Numbered from the stretch's first letter, positions 7,661 to 15,497 are shown. The stretch is 16,751 bases of DNA from an uncultured Eubacteriales bacterium (GCA_902496595.1 CABVBV010000030.1:1-16751); one strand, 5' to 3'. The notes: generated from the sequence alone by a model not told the origin. Numbers and translations are program-made.

Positions 7661-8233
7661 ATGGAGGCTCGGCTCACGGTGGGCATTAGCGGGGCCTCGG
7701 GGGCCTCGTTGGCGCTCAGCTTTTTGAAACTGGCTCGAAAAAGCGGCGTTCCCACCGAGCTCATCGTCACGAGCGGAGGAGAGAGGACGCTCAGGGACGA
7801 GCTGGGCCTGGGGCCGGAGGCGCTCTCCGGCCTCGTGGACGAGGTGTACGACTGCAGGGATATCGGCGCGGCCCCGGCTTCGGGCAGCCGCCCGTCCCTG
7901 GGCATGGCCGTTGTCCCGTGCAGCATGAAGACCCTCGCCGGCATCGCCTCGGGTTACAGCGAGAACCTCTTGCTCAGAGCCGCGGATGTAGCGCTCAAGG
8001 AGAGGCGCAGGTTGGTTCTTGCGGCGAGGGAGACGCCGCTCTCGGCCATCCATCTCAGGAATATGCTGGAGCTCAGCCAGGCCGGGGCGGTCGTCTTTCC
8101 CCCCGTGCCGCTCTGGTATGCCGGGCCGAAGACGATGGAGCAGATGGAGCTTCAGCTCTCCGCGAGGCTGCTGAGCCTCTTCGGGATCGTCACCCCGGAG
8201 CTCCACGTCTGGACGGAGAGCGGACAGGAGTAG
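7661..8233 (+). CDS. ubiX: UbiX-family flavin prenyltransferase (prFMN synthase)
   Basis: 190 aa, starting 1 nt after the UbiD stop. Motifs: GISGASGASLA, VPCSMKTLAGIASGYSENLLLRAADVALKERRRLVL, RETPLS. All are typical of UbiX/Pad1. Confidence 0.85.
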   Translation: MEARLTVGISGASGASLALSFLKLARKSGVPTELIVTSGGERTLRDELGLGPEALSGLVDEVYDCRDIGAAPASGSRPSLGMAVVPCSMKTLAGIASGYSENLLLRAADVALKERRRLVLAARETPLSAIHLRNMLELSQAGAVVFPPVPLWYAGPKTMEQMELQLSARLLSLFGIVTPELHVWTESGQE

Positions 8234-8300
8234 CCCGCCTCCAGGCCCGCGGAGTTTCGCGGCCGCCGCGCCGTACCATTTGCCTTCATAAATAAGCTGT

Positions 8301-8324
8301 GCCGGAGCGCCTGAGCGCTCCGGC
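8301..8324. terminator. GC-rich hairpin between convergent ubiX (+) and trxA (-); candidate bidirectional terminator
   Basis: GCCGGAGCGC-CTGA-GCGCTCCGGC is a perfect 10-bp stem with a 4-nt loop. Flanks are modestly T-rich on both strands. Confidence 0.5.
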
Positions 8325-8355
8325 ATTCTGCGATTTGAAGGGATGGATGGGAAAA

Positions 8356-8664
8356 TCAGTTTAAGAGGGAGAGGATACTGGATTTGGGTCTTGCACCGGT
8401 GGCCCGATTCGTGACCTTGCCGTCCTTGAGAACCACCAGGGTGGGGATACTGGTTATGTTGAAGGCCGAGGCCAGCTCGGGCTCTTCGTCAACGTTGACT
8501 TTGCCGACGAGCAGGTCGCCGCGTTCGGAGGCGATCTCGTCGACAACGGGCGACACCATACGGCAGGGGCCGCACCAGGAGGCCCAGAAGTCCAACAGCA
8601 CCGGTTTGGAACTGCCGGTAACGAGTCCCGCGTAATTCGATGAGGTTATCTTTACAGCTGACAT
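8356..8664 (-). CDS. trxA: Thioredoxin
   Basis: 102 aa from MSAVKITS, with GGGAGGAA RBS upstream. Canonical WCGPC active site and thioredoxin fold sequence ([11 protein letters not shown]...[10 protein letters not shown]). The upstream 15 codons in the track contain the RBS, so they were trimmed. Confidence 0.9.
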   Translation of the reverse strand: MSAVKITSSNYAGLVTGSSKPVLLDFWASWCGPCRMVSPVVDEIASERGDLLVGKVNVDEEPELASAFNITSIPTLVVLKDGKVTNRATGARPKSSILSLLN

Positions 8665-8730
8665 TTTAAATTCCTCCCGTGTTCTTTCTTTGTCTGCATG
8701 ATAGCACACGGGATACGGGCGAACCGTAAC

Positions 8731-9612
8731 TTAGTCACATTTCCTCCAGAGCAGCCTGTTGCCCTCGACCAGCGTCCCGACCAGGCCAGCGTCGAGCAGG
8801 TAGGCCAGGATGGATTTCACGGTGCTGCCCACCAGAACATATTGCTCCATGGTCAGCTGCAGGCCGTAACTGTCGAAGGCCAGCTTCAGGATGTCCTCGA
8901 AACCCTTCGGCTCTCCGCAGAGGCCAAGGACGAAGCCGCAGAGGCCCTCGACGTGCCGGAGGTTCAGCTCGGCGAGCGGCCCTATGTCCTCCGCCGCCTC
9001 GGCGTGCGCCGGGATATAGAGCTTTGCGCCCAGTCCGGGCAGCTTCCTGAGCGTTTCCATATAGGCCGCGACGTCGTAGATAAAGGGGAAACCGTACTTC
9101 TCCAGGGTCGCCGCGCTCGAGAGGCAGTCCGCGATGTAGGCCGTGCCGTCCGGAGTCATATATCCGGCCATGTCGAAGTAGTGCCCAGGCAGAGGGATGA
9201 GCTCTATCTCTTCGGGAAAGCCCCCGGACGAAATGAGCTCCGCCGGAGCGGGCTGGGCCATCAGGAACTTGTGCCTGAGCGGTTTCGGAGGGAAGCCGCC
9301 GTAGAGGAAGGCGGATTCCAGCACAGGGTTCCTTGTGAACGCCGCCTCAATATCCGGAGCGAATATCCGGCAGCCGGTCTGCTTCTGCAGGTACTGACAG
9401 CCTCCGACATGGTCTGCGTTCGAGTGCGTGACGAGTATGCCCCGGAGCTTCCAGGAGTTTCTGTCGAGGATCTGCCTGACCTTCCGGCCGGCGTCCTTGT
9501 CGTTGCCGCTGTCGATGAGCCAGACTTCCGAGTCCGAGGCCAGCCAGAGCCCGATTTTTGCCGGACAGTCGATATAGTAACTCCGCTCTCCGGCCTGAAC
9601 AAGTTCAAACAT
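8731..9612 (-). CDS. MBL-fold metallo-hydrolase family protein with variant metal motif
   Basis: 293 aa. [12 protein letters not shown] corresponds to the HxHxDH motif with Asn replacing the second His. Downstream His/Asp positions (LPGHY, PAHAE) fit the MBL fold. Confidence 0.7.
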   Translation of the reverse strand: MFELVQAGERSYYIDCPAKIGLWLASDSEVWLIDSGNDKDAGRKVRQILDRNSWKLRGILVTHSNADHVGGCQYLQKQTGCRIFAPDIEAAFTRNPVLESAFLYGGFPPKPLRHKFLMAQPAPAELISSGGFPEEIELIPLPGHYFDMAGYMTPDGTAYIADCLSSAATLEKYGFPFIYDVAAYMETLRKLPGLGAKLYIPAHAEAAEDIGPLAELNLRHVEGLCGFVLGLCGEPKGFEDILKLAFDSYGLQLTMEQYVLVGSTVKSILAYLLDAGLVGTLVEGNRLLWRKCD

Positions 9613-9635
9613 TCAAAGCCCCCCTTTTTTCAGCT

Positions 9636-9664
9636 AATTTATCACATTAAACCGCGAAACGCAA
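9636..9664 (-). promoter_or_regulatory. Candidate promoter for the MBL-trxA unit (TTGCGT-17 nt-TAAATT on the minus strand)
   Basis: By-eye hexamers with 17-nt spacing, about 25 nt upstream of the MBL start codon. Confidence 0.3.
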
Positions 9665-9684
9665 GCCCCGTCTCGCACCGGCGC

Positions 9685-9712
9685 TTTACAAATCGGTGTT
9701 GTATGTTAAAAT
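9685..9712 (+). promoter_or_regulatory. Candidate fhs promoter (TTTACA-16 nt-TAAAAT with TGn extended -10)
   Basis: TTTACA at 9685-9690 and TGTTAAAAT ending at 9712. It lies 30 nt upstream of the fhs ATG in an AT-rich divergent intergenic region. Confidence 0.5.
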
Positions 9713-9741
9713 ATAAGGGAATTTTGACTGTGAGGTGCCAC

Positions 9742-11403
9742 ATGACCGATATTGAGATCGCCCAGGCGGCAAAGCCGCTGCCCATAACAGAAGTCGCCGC
9801 AAGAGCCGGCATCGACGAGGGGTATATCGAGTGCTACGGCGGGAGCAAGGCGAAGATAGACCCCGCGCTGCTCGACGAACCGGGGGAAGAGGGAAAGCTC
9901 GTCCTGGTCACTGCGATAAACCCGACGCCTGCCGGGGAGGGCAAAACGACCACCACCGTCGGACTCGCGGACGCGCTGCGGAAGCTCGGGAAACGCTCGG
10001 TCGTGGCGCTCAGGGAGCCCTCGCTCGGCCCGGTCTTCGGTATAAAGGGCGGCGCGGCCGGGGGAGGCTATGCCCAGGTGATACCGATGGAGGACATCAA
10101 TCTGCACTTCACCGGCGATTTCCACGCCATAGGCGCGGCGAACAACCTGCTCGCCGCCATGCTGGACAACCACATCTATCAGGGCAACACGCTGAACATT
10201 GACCCGAGGCGCATAACCTGGAGACGCGCCGTCGACATGAACGACCGGCAGCTCAGGGCAATAACAGACGGGCTTGGCGGCAGGGTCAACGGGGTGCCCA
10301 GGGAGGACGGTTTCGACATAACCGTCGCGAGCGAGGTCATGGCCGTGCTCTGCCTCGCCTCTGGCATCCGGGATTTGAAGGAGCGGCTGTCGAGGATTGT
10401 GGTGGGCTACACCTACGACGAGAAGCCGGTGACGGCAGGGCAGCTCAAGGCCGCCGGAGCCATGGCGGCGCTCTTGAAGGATGCGATAAAGCCCAACCTG
10501 GTTCAGACGCTCGAGGGCACGCCGGCCTTTGTACACGGAGGGCCGTTCGCGAACATCGCCCACGGCTGCAACAGCGTGACCGCCACGAGGATGGCGCTCA
10601 GGCTGGGTGAGTACGCTGTAACGGAGGCGGGCTTCGGAGCGGATCTGGGCGCGGAGAAGTTCTTCGACATAAAGTGCCGTATGTCCGGGCTGAGACCCTC
10701 GGCGGTAGTCATAGTCGCGACGGTGAGAGCGCTCAAGCACCACGGCGGCGCGGCGAAGGACGAGCTGGGAGCTGAAGACCTCGCGGCGCTGGAGAGGGGC
10801 CTGCCCAACCTGCTCCGGCACGTCGACAATGTTAAGAACGTCTACGGCCTGCCCTGCGTCGTGGCGATAAACAGGTTCCCGACGGATACGGAGGCGGAGC
10901 TGGAGCTGGTCGGCCGCCGTTGCCGCGAGCTCGGAGTGAACGCGGCGCTCTCCGAGGTCTGGGCAAAGGGAGGCGACGGAGGGCTCGAACTGGCAAAGGA
11001 GGTCGTCAGGCTCTGCGGCGAGGAGAACTGCTTCCGCTTCGCCTATCCGGACGAGCTGGACATAAGGTCGAAGATAGAGGCGATAGCGAAGAAAGTGTAC
11101 CGGGCCTCCGCCGTGGCTTTCACCGGGCCCGCTGAGAAGGAGCTCGGGCAGCTCGAAGCCCTGGGCTTCGGCGGGCTGCCGGTATGCATGGCGAAGACGC
11201 AGTATTCGTTTTCCGACGACCCGGCCAAGAAGGGCGCGCCTGAGGGCTTCACCCTGACGGTCAGGAAACTGAAAGTCTCTGCCGGAGCGGGCTTCATCGT
11301 GGCTCTGACCGGAGACATCATGACCATGCCCGGCCTCCCGAGATCCCCGGCGGCAGAGCGCATAGACGTGGACGAGACCGGCCGCATCTCCGGCCTTTTC
11401 TGA
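9742..11403 (+). CDS. fhs: Formate-tetrahydrofolate ligase
   Basis: 553 aa from [15 protein letters not shown]. It carries the [16 protein letters not shown]-loop and is full-length FTHFS-like throughout. The track ORF (8698..) has a 348-codon upstream extension that is antisense to the MBL gene and is not credible. Confidence 0.92.
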   Translation: MTDIEIAQAAKPLPITEVAARAGIDEGYIECYGGSKAKIDPALLDEPGEEGKLVLVTAINPTPAGEGKTTTTVGLADALRKLGKRSVVALREPSLGPVFGIKGGAAGGGYAQVIPMEDINLHFTGDFHAIGAANNLLAAMLDNHIYQGNTLNIDPRRITWRRAVDMNDRQLRAITDGLGGRVNGVPREDGFDITVASEVMAVLCLASGIRDLKERLSRIVVGYTYDEKPVTAGQLKAAGAMAALLKDAIKPNLVQTLEGTPAFVHGGPFANIAHGCNSVTATRMALRLGEYAVTEAGFGADLGAEKFFDIKCRMSGLRPSAVVIVATVRALKHHGGAAKDELGAEDLAALERGLPNLLRHVDNVKNVYGLPCVVAINRFPTDTEAELELVGRRCRELGVNAALSEVWAKGGDGGLELAKEVVRLCGEENCFRFAYPDELDIRSKIEAIAKKVYRASAVAFTGPAEKELGQLEALGFGGLPVCMAKTQYSFSDDPAKKGAPEGFTLTVRKLKVSAGAGFIVALTGDIMTMPGLPRSPAAERIDVDETGRISGLF

Positions 11404-11437
11404 CAGCGCGGCCGGAGCTCGGAGAGAAATACGAAAA

Positions 11438-11480
11438 AATACGCCCCGTTTCCTTGAACAGCTGGGAAACGGGGCGTATT
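11438..11480. terminator. Intrinsic terminator hairpin between convergent fhs (+) and the YhhN gene (-)
   Basis: Perfect 16-bp stem (AATACGCCCCGTTTCC / GGAAACGGGGCGTATT) with an 11-nt loop. The A-run on the + strand immediately 5' gives a U-tract for the minus-strand transcript. The U-tract on the + strand is weaker. Confidence 0.7.
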
Positions 11481-11509
11481 CGTGCGGCAGCCGGGCCGAC
11501 AGGCCCCGG

Positions 11510-12163
11510 TCAGCCGAGGCCGAAGCCAATGGCCAGCAGGGTTTGGGCTGAGATATAGGTCAGCATGACGGCGACGTCGGCGGCGTTGCTGTCACCATCC
11601 CTGAAAGTCTCAAAAGAGAGGATCCCGTCGGAGCAGAGGAAGAGGCAGGCTCCGGCGAGCAGCCAGCCCGCTCCGGGGGCCCCGGCCCTGAGCCCTATGA
11701 ACGAGGCGGAGCCCAGAGAGGCGAGCAGCAGCCCATAGAGCAGTCCCGGCAGTCTCAGAGGTTTGGGGATGCGCTTTCTCAGGACGAAAAAGATCACGAG
11801 CGCTACCGCCCCCGGCACCAGGGTCGCCGCTAAGGCGGTTATGAGTTTCGGCTGGGCCGCCGCTGCGAGCGCGCCGATATGCGCAACGTAGAGGACGTGT
11901 CCCAGCCCGAAAGCCGCCATGCCGAGGCCCAGGAAGACTTCCCTGTGTTTGTAGATCATGAATATGTCCCCGGCCCAGCCGCAGAGCATGGCGGCGAGGA
12001 CAACCGCCGAAGGTCTCGGCGCGATGCTCAGGTAGAGCAGGCAGATGAGCGGCATGAGCAGCAGCTTGGTGAAGTATCTCAGCTTCTGCCTGCCCAGACC
12101 GCAGGCGGCAAGGTGCGTGACGGAAGCCGCGGCTGTTGCGGCGGCGGTGAGCACTGTTACCAT
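11510..12163 (-). CDS. YhhN-family (lysoplasmalogenase/TMEM86-like) integral membrane protein
   Basis: 217 aa from MVTVLTAA, with GGGAGG RBS 5 nt upstream. It is polytopic and hydrophobic, with YhhN-like segments (FTKLLLMPLI, GWAGDIFM, FGLGHVLY, LFLCSDGIL). Confidence 0.65.
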   Translation of the reverse strand: MVTVLTAAATAAASVTHLAACGLGRQKLRYFTKLLLMPLICLLYLSIAPRPSAVVLAAMLCGWAGDIFMIYKHREVFLGLGMAAFGLGHVLYVAHIGALAAAAQPKLITALAATLVPGAVALVIFFVLRKRIPKPLRLPGLLYGLLLASLGSASFIGLRAGAPGAGWLLAGACLFLCSDGILSFETFRDGDSNAADVAVMLTYISAQTLLAIGFGLG

Positions 12164-12191
12164 ATGAACCTCCCGATATTTATCCGCCCCC

Positions 12192-12220
12192 ATAATAACC
12201 TATGCGCAGTTTCGTGTAAA
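12192..12220 (-). promoter_or_regulatory. Candidate promoter for the YhhN gene (TTTACA-17 nt-TATTAT on the minus strand)
   Basis: Hexamers at 12220-12215 and 12197-12192 (minus-strand orientation), in the 71-nt AT-rich gap after the long moeA stop. Confidence 0.45.
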
Positions 12221-12234
12221 GAAGTTATAATAAT

Positions 12235-14163
12235 TTAAGAATCCTTAAGAAATCCCGTCCTAATCCGTCCGGGAGAGCCCAGGGTATAGCCGCCGAGCCG
12301 TTCCAGCCGTTTTGCGAACTCTGCGGAGCGCAGAACCTCCAGGAGCCTTTGCACGGGCAGGCTGTCCCAGGCGGAATCCGGGATGAGCAGGTCGTACTGT
12401 TCGGTGCAGACTGGAAGGAAGTCCAGACCGTAGAGCCTGGCCGCCGACAGGATGCCCATGCCCGCGTCGGCGGAGCCTGAGGCTATCTGGGCCGCGACGG
12501 AGGTGTGCGTCAACTCCTCCCTGCCGTAGCCGTAGACCCTGCCGGAGTCCACAGAGTATATCCGGCAGAGGTAGTCGGCGAGGATACGGGTGCCCGAGCC
12601 CTTCTGCCTGTTCACATATCTCAGGCCGGGCCTCGCGATATCAGGGAAGCTCCCGATCTCCAGGGGGTTCCCCGGAGCGAGCATGAGCCCCTGCGTCCTG
12701 CATACGCATTCGACGAGCTTCACGCCTCCGTTCGGGAAGAAGCGCCTTACATGGCTCTCGTTGTAGCTGCCGTCCGCCTCGTCCAGCAGGTGTATGCCCG
12801 CCGCTGCGGCCTCGCCGCGCATGACCGCCATTATGCCGCCCATGGAACCGACGTGGCTCGAGACCATGCGCAGCGGAGGCTCGGAGCGCCGGAGCAGGTC
12901 TGCGACCTCGTCCAGCAGCGGGTCGTGGCTGCCTATTACTATAAGCCCTCCGGAGAGCTCGCTCAAAGGCCGGAGGAGCTTCACTTTCACCTCGGCTCCG
13001 GCCTCCAGGCCCTCGCTGCCCTGCGGGATCTCCAGCATCGCGTCGGCGCGCATGAAAGAGCTCACGACCCCGGCACCCCTGTCGAGCGGCGAGGCCACAA
13101 GGCCCTCGGGCCCCTCTCCCAGCCTCAGCCGGACATATTCCCTGTATTTGAGCCCGGATACCACGCCTCTGGCCAGCTTCGCCTTCGCCCAGTCCTCCTC
13201 CCGAGCCCCGCCGGACGCGCCGAAGCAGAGCTCCAGAACGGGCCTCAGGAGCTCTTCAAGGACTATTATGCCCGAGACGGGGTAGCCCGGGACGCCCAGG
13301 ACGGGCTTTTTCCCCGAGAGCCCCAGTATGGCCGGCTTGCCGGGTTTTATCGCGAGGCCGTGGTACATGACCTCTCCCACCGAACCAACGGCGGCGCAGC
13401 TCAGATCTTCCCTGCCGGCGGAGGAGCCCGCGTTCAGGATGACCGCGTCGCACTCTGACAGGGCGAGCCTCAGCGCGGCCTCTATGGCCCCGGCGTCGTC
13501 GCGCACTATGGGATAACGCCTCGGCTGTGCGCCCCAGTCCCGGAGCATGGCGGAGAAGATGGCGGAGTTGAACTCGATTATATCGCCCTCGCCCGGCGCT
13601 TCGCAGGGCTCGACCAGCTCGTCCCCGGTGGGGATGACGCCCACCACCGGCCTCCTGCACACCTCGCACTCGAGCACGCCGGCGGCCAGCATCGCGCCCA
13701 CGGCAGAGGGGCTTATCCTCGTATACGAGGGCAGCAGCATCTCGCCGGCGCAGATGTCCTCGCCTATCTGCCGCACGTGCTGCCAGGGCGCGGCCGCGGC
13801 CCGGAGCCTTATCCCGCCGTCCTCCAGCGGCTCTATGTCCTCGGCCATGACCACGGCGTCGCAGCCCTCCGGCAAGGGGTCGCCCGTGTCCACCGGGACG
13901 TAATCTCCCTTCCCCAGCGTCACGGGCGTCGTCTCCGTGGCGCCGAAGCTCAGGGAGGCATTCAGGGCCGCGCCGTCCATGGCGCAGGCGTGGTAGTGCG
14001 GGGCGCAGATCTTCGCGTACACTGCGCCGAAGCTCACCCTGCCCGCCGCGTCCGCTGTCCGGATGCGCTCGGGAACAGGGCCGAGGCCGTTTTCCCTGAG
14101 CCTCTTTATGTAGTTGCCTCTGGCCTCATCCAGAGGCGTGTTGGTCAGGTATGCAAAGCCCAT
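12235..14163 (-). CDS. moeA: Molybdopterin molybdotransferase MoeA paralog fused to a C-terminal periplasmic-binding-protein-like (molybdate/tungstate-binding-type) domain
   Basis: 642 aa from MGFAYLTN, starting 1 nt after the upstream moeA stop. MoeA motifs: AMDGAAL, DTGDPLPEGCDAVVM, IPTGDELV, NAGSSAGRED, IKPGKPAILG, GVPGYPVSG. The C-terminal ~230 aa (VIGSHDP...NRQKGSGTR...GSADAGMG) resembles a type 2 PBP fold. Confidence 0.85.
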   Translation of the reverse strand: MGFAYLTNTPLDEARGNYIKRLRENGLGPVPERIRTADAAGRVSFGAVYAKICAPHYHACAMDGAALNASLSFGATETTPVTLGKGDYVPVDTGDPLPEGCDAVVMAEDIEPLEDGGIRLRAAAAPWQHVRQIGEDICAGEMLLPSYTRISPSAVGAMLAAGVLECEVCRRPVVGVIPTGDELVEPCEAPGEGDIIEFNSAIFSAMLRDWGAQPRRYPIVRDDAGAIEAALRLALSECDAVILNAGSSAGREDLSCAAVGSVGEVMYHGLAIKPGKPAILGLSGKKPVLGVPGYPVSGIIVLEELLRPVLELCFGASGGAREEDWAKAKLARGVVSGLKYREYVRLRLGEGPEGLVASPLDRGAGVVSSFMRADAMLEIPQGSEGLEAGAEVKVKLLRPLSELSGGLIVIGSHDPLLDEVADLLRRSEPPLRMVSSHVGSMGGIMAVMRGEAAAAGIHLLDEADGSYNESHVRRFFPNGGVKLVECVCRTQGLMLAPGNPLEIGSFPDIARPGLRYVNRQKGSGTRILADYLCRIYSVDSGRVYGYGREELTHTSVAAQIASGSADAGMGILSAARLYGLDFLPVCTEQYDLLIPDSAWDSLPVQRLLEVLRSAEFAKRLERLGGYTLGSPGRIRTGFLKDS

Positions 14164-14164
14164 T

Positions 14165-15388
14165 TCAGTCCAGCCCCTCCAGCTCCACGAGCACCTCTGC
14201 CCCGGCGGGCAGGCCCTCACAGTCCCTCGGCACCCTCAGCACGCCGTCCGAGGCCGCGAGCGCCCGGATGAGCCCGGACTTCGTGCGCACGGGCTCGGCC
14301 CTGTACTCTTCGCCCTCGTACCTGAGCTTCACCCCGCAGAAGAGCTCGCGCCCGTCGTTTGCGGGCAGATTCGTTTCCAGTTTCGCTCTTACATATCTCG
14401 GTTCCGGTCTGCGGCCCAGCATCGAGCGCAGCTGTGCGCCCATGAGAAGTTTTCCGGTGAAATATGCCGCTGCCGGGTGGCCCGGGAGCCCGAAGACGGG
14501 CCTGCCGCACAGCTCGCCCAACATGGCGGGCTTGCCCGGGCGCATGGCAATGCCGTGAAAGAGCAGCCTGCCCCGGCGCTCCAGGATCCGGCTGACGGCG
14601 TCCCGGGCCCCGGCGGAGCTGCCGCCGCTCACGGCCACGAGCTCGTGCTCCATGGCCGCACCGATGAGCGCAGACTCCAGCAGCGCCTCCTCGTCCTTCA
14701 CTATGCCCAGGAAATCCGGCTCGGCGCCGAGGCTCTCGAGCAGGGCGCAGAGCATGGGCCCGTTCACGTCCCTGACTTCGCCGGGCCCCGGCGCGGCTGA
14801 CGGAGGCACCAGCTCGTCCCCGGTGCTGAGCACCGCGGCCCGCGGCCTTTTGCGCACCCGGACGGAGCTCAGGCCCAGCGCTGCGAGGGCGCCTATGTCC
14901 ATGGCCCGGAGCCTCCTGCCCTCGCTGAAGACCACGGAACCCGGCTCCACGTCGTCCCCTTTGAACACCACGCTCCGGCCCGGGGCGGAGCTTCTCCTGA
15001 CGCCGATGAGCCCCGCGCCGTAGTCGTCCGAATACTCGAGCATGACGACGGCGTCGGCGCCCTCGGGCAGACGTCCCCCCGTGGGTATGGCCGCGCACTC
15101 GCCGGGCCCTATGGAGAAACCCGGGGCCCGGCCCATCTCCACCTCGCCCGCGAGGCGCAGCAGCGCCGGCGCAGCCTCGCCGCAGCCGAAGGTATCCGAG
15201 GCCCTGACGGCGTAGCCGTCGACTGCGGAGCGGTCGAAACCCGGGACGTATGCCGAGGCCTCGACATCCTCGGCAAGCACGCGGCCCAGGGCGCTGCCCA
15301 GGGCACAGGGCTCGGCCTCCGTGCGCAGGCCGCCGAAGTTCTTCCTCAATATCTCGAGCGCCTCTTCCGGCGCAACGGTGTTAAGCAT
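14165..15388 (-). CDS. moeA: Molybdopterin molybdotransferase MoeA (stand-alone, 407 aa)
   Basis: Motifs: PGFDRSAVDGYAV, IPTGGRLPEGADAVVM, LSTGDELV, VSGGSSAGARD, MRPGKPAM, GLPGHPAAA. A GGGGGAG RBS lies upstream. Confidence 0.9.
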   Translation of the reverse strand: MLNTVAPEEALEILRKNFGGLRTEAEPCALGSALGRVLAEDVEASAYVPGFDRSAVDGYAVRASDTFGCGEAAPALLRLAGEVEMGRAPGFSIGPGECAAIPTGGRLPEGADAVVMLEYSDDYGAGLIGVRRSSAPGRSVVFKGDDVEPGSVVFSEGRRLRAMDIGALAALGLSSVRVRKRPRAAVLSTGDELVPPSAAPGPGEVRDVNGPMLCALLESLGAEPDFLGIVKDEEALLESALIGAAMEHELVAVSGGSSAGARDAVSRILERRGRLLFHGIAMRPGKPAMLGELCGRPVFGLPGHPAAAYFTGKLLMGAQLRSMLGRRPEPRYVRAKLETNLPANDGRELFCGVKLRYEGEEYRAEPVRTKSGLIRALAASDGVLRVPRDCEGLPAGAEVLVELEGLD

Positions 15389-15408
15389 CCTGTCTCCCCC
15401 TTTACACG

Positions 15409-15437
15409 AGTTTAAACCGATACCCCGGCTTTTGCAA
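15409..15437 (-). promoter_or_regulatory. Candidate promoter for the moeA-moeA operon (TTGCAA-17 nt-TAAACT on the minus strand)
   Basis: By-eye hexamers with 17-nt spacing. The -10 overlaps the 8-bp palindrome GTTTAAAC (15410-15417). The leader would be very short. Confidence 0.35.
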
Positions 15438-15445
15438 GTCCGCCC

Positions 15446-15474
15446 TTGCGCCTCGGGGCTGCAGAGGTTAAACT
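15446..15474 (+). promoter_or_regulatory. Candidate promoter for the ThiF/MoeB-like gene (TTGCGC-17 nt-TAAACT)
   Basis: By-eye hexamers with 17-nt spacing in the divergent intergenic region. Confidence 0.3.
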
Positions 15475-15497
15475 AAAGAGTGAGGAGGCGATTGCGC

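Noticed and set aside
6142-7944. 600-aa ORF on the minus strand, antisense to UbiD/UbiX
   Set aside because: Its composition is Arg/Pro/Gly/Ala-rich and low in complexity, typical of antisense frames in GC-rich DNA. It fully overlaps two ORFs with clear family motifs and has no RBS or recognisable domain.
8698-9741. N-terminal 348-codon extension of the fhs ORF in the track (901-aa version)
   Set aside because: The extension is antisense to the MBL-fold gene and crosses the AT-rich intergenic region with promoter-like elements. The FTHFS homology begins at MTDIEIAQ (9742), preceded by a GAGG RBS.
9706-11529. 607-aa ORF on the minus strand, antisense to fhs
   Set aside because: It is a shadow ORF opposite an unmistakable formate-tetrahydrofolate ligase. 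It is Arg/Pro-rich with no motifs.
15389-15479. Possible Moco riboswitch upstream of the moeA genes
   Set aside because: The non-coding region is only about 90-110 nt and is shared by two divergent promoters. The predicted moeA leader is under 20 nt, too short for the Moco RNA motif (over 100 nt). I could not recognise its conserved features by eye. An Rfam scan would settle it.
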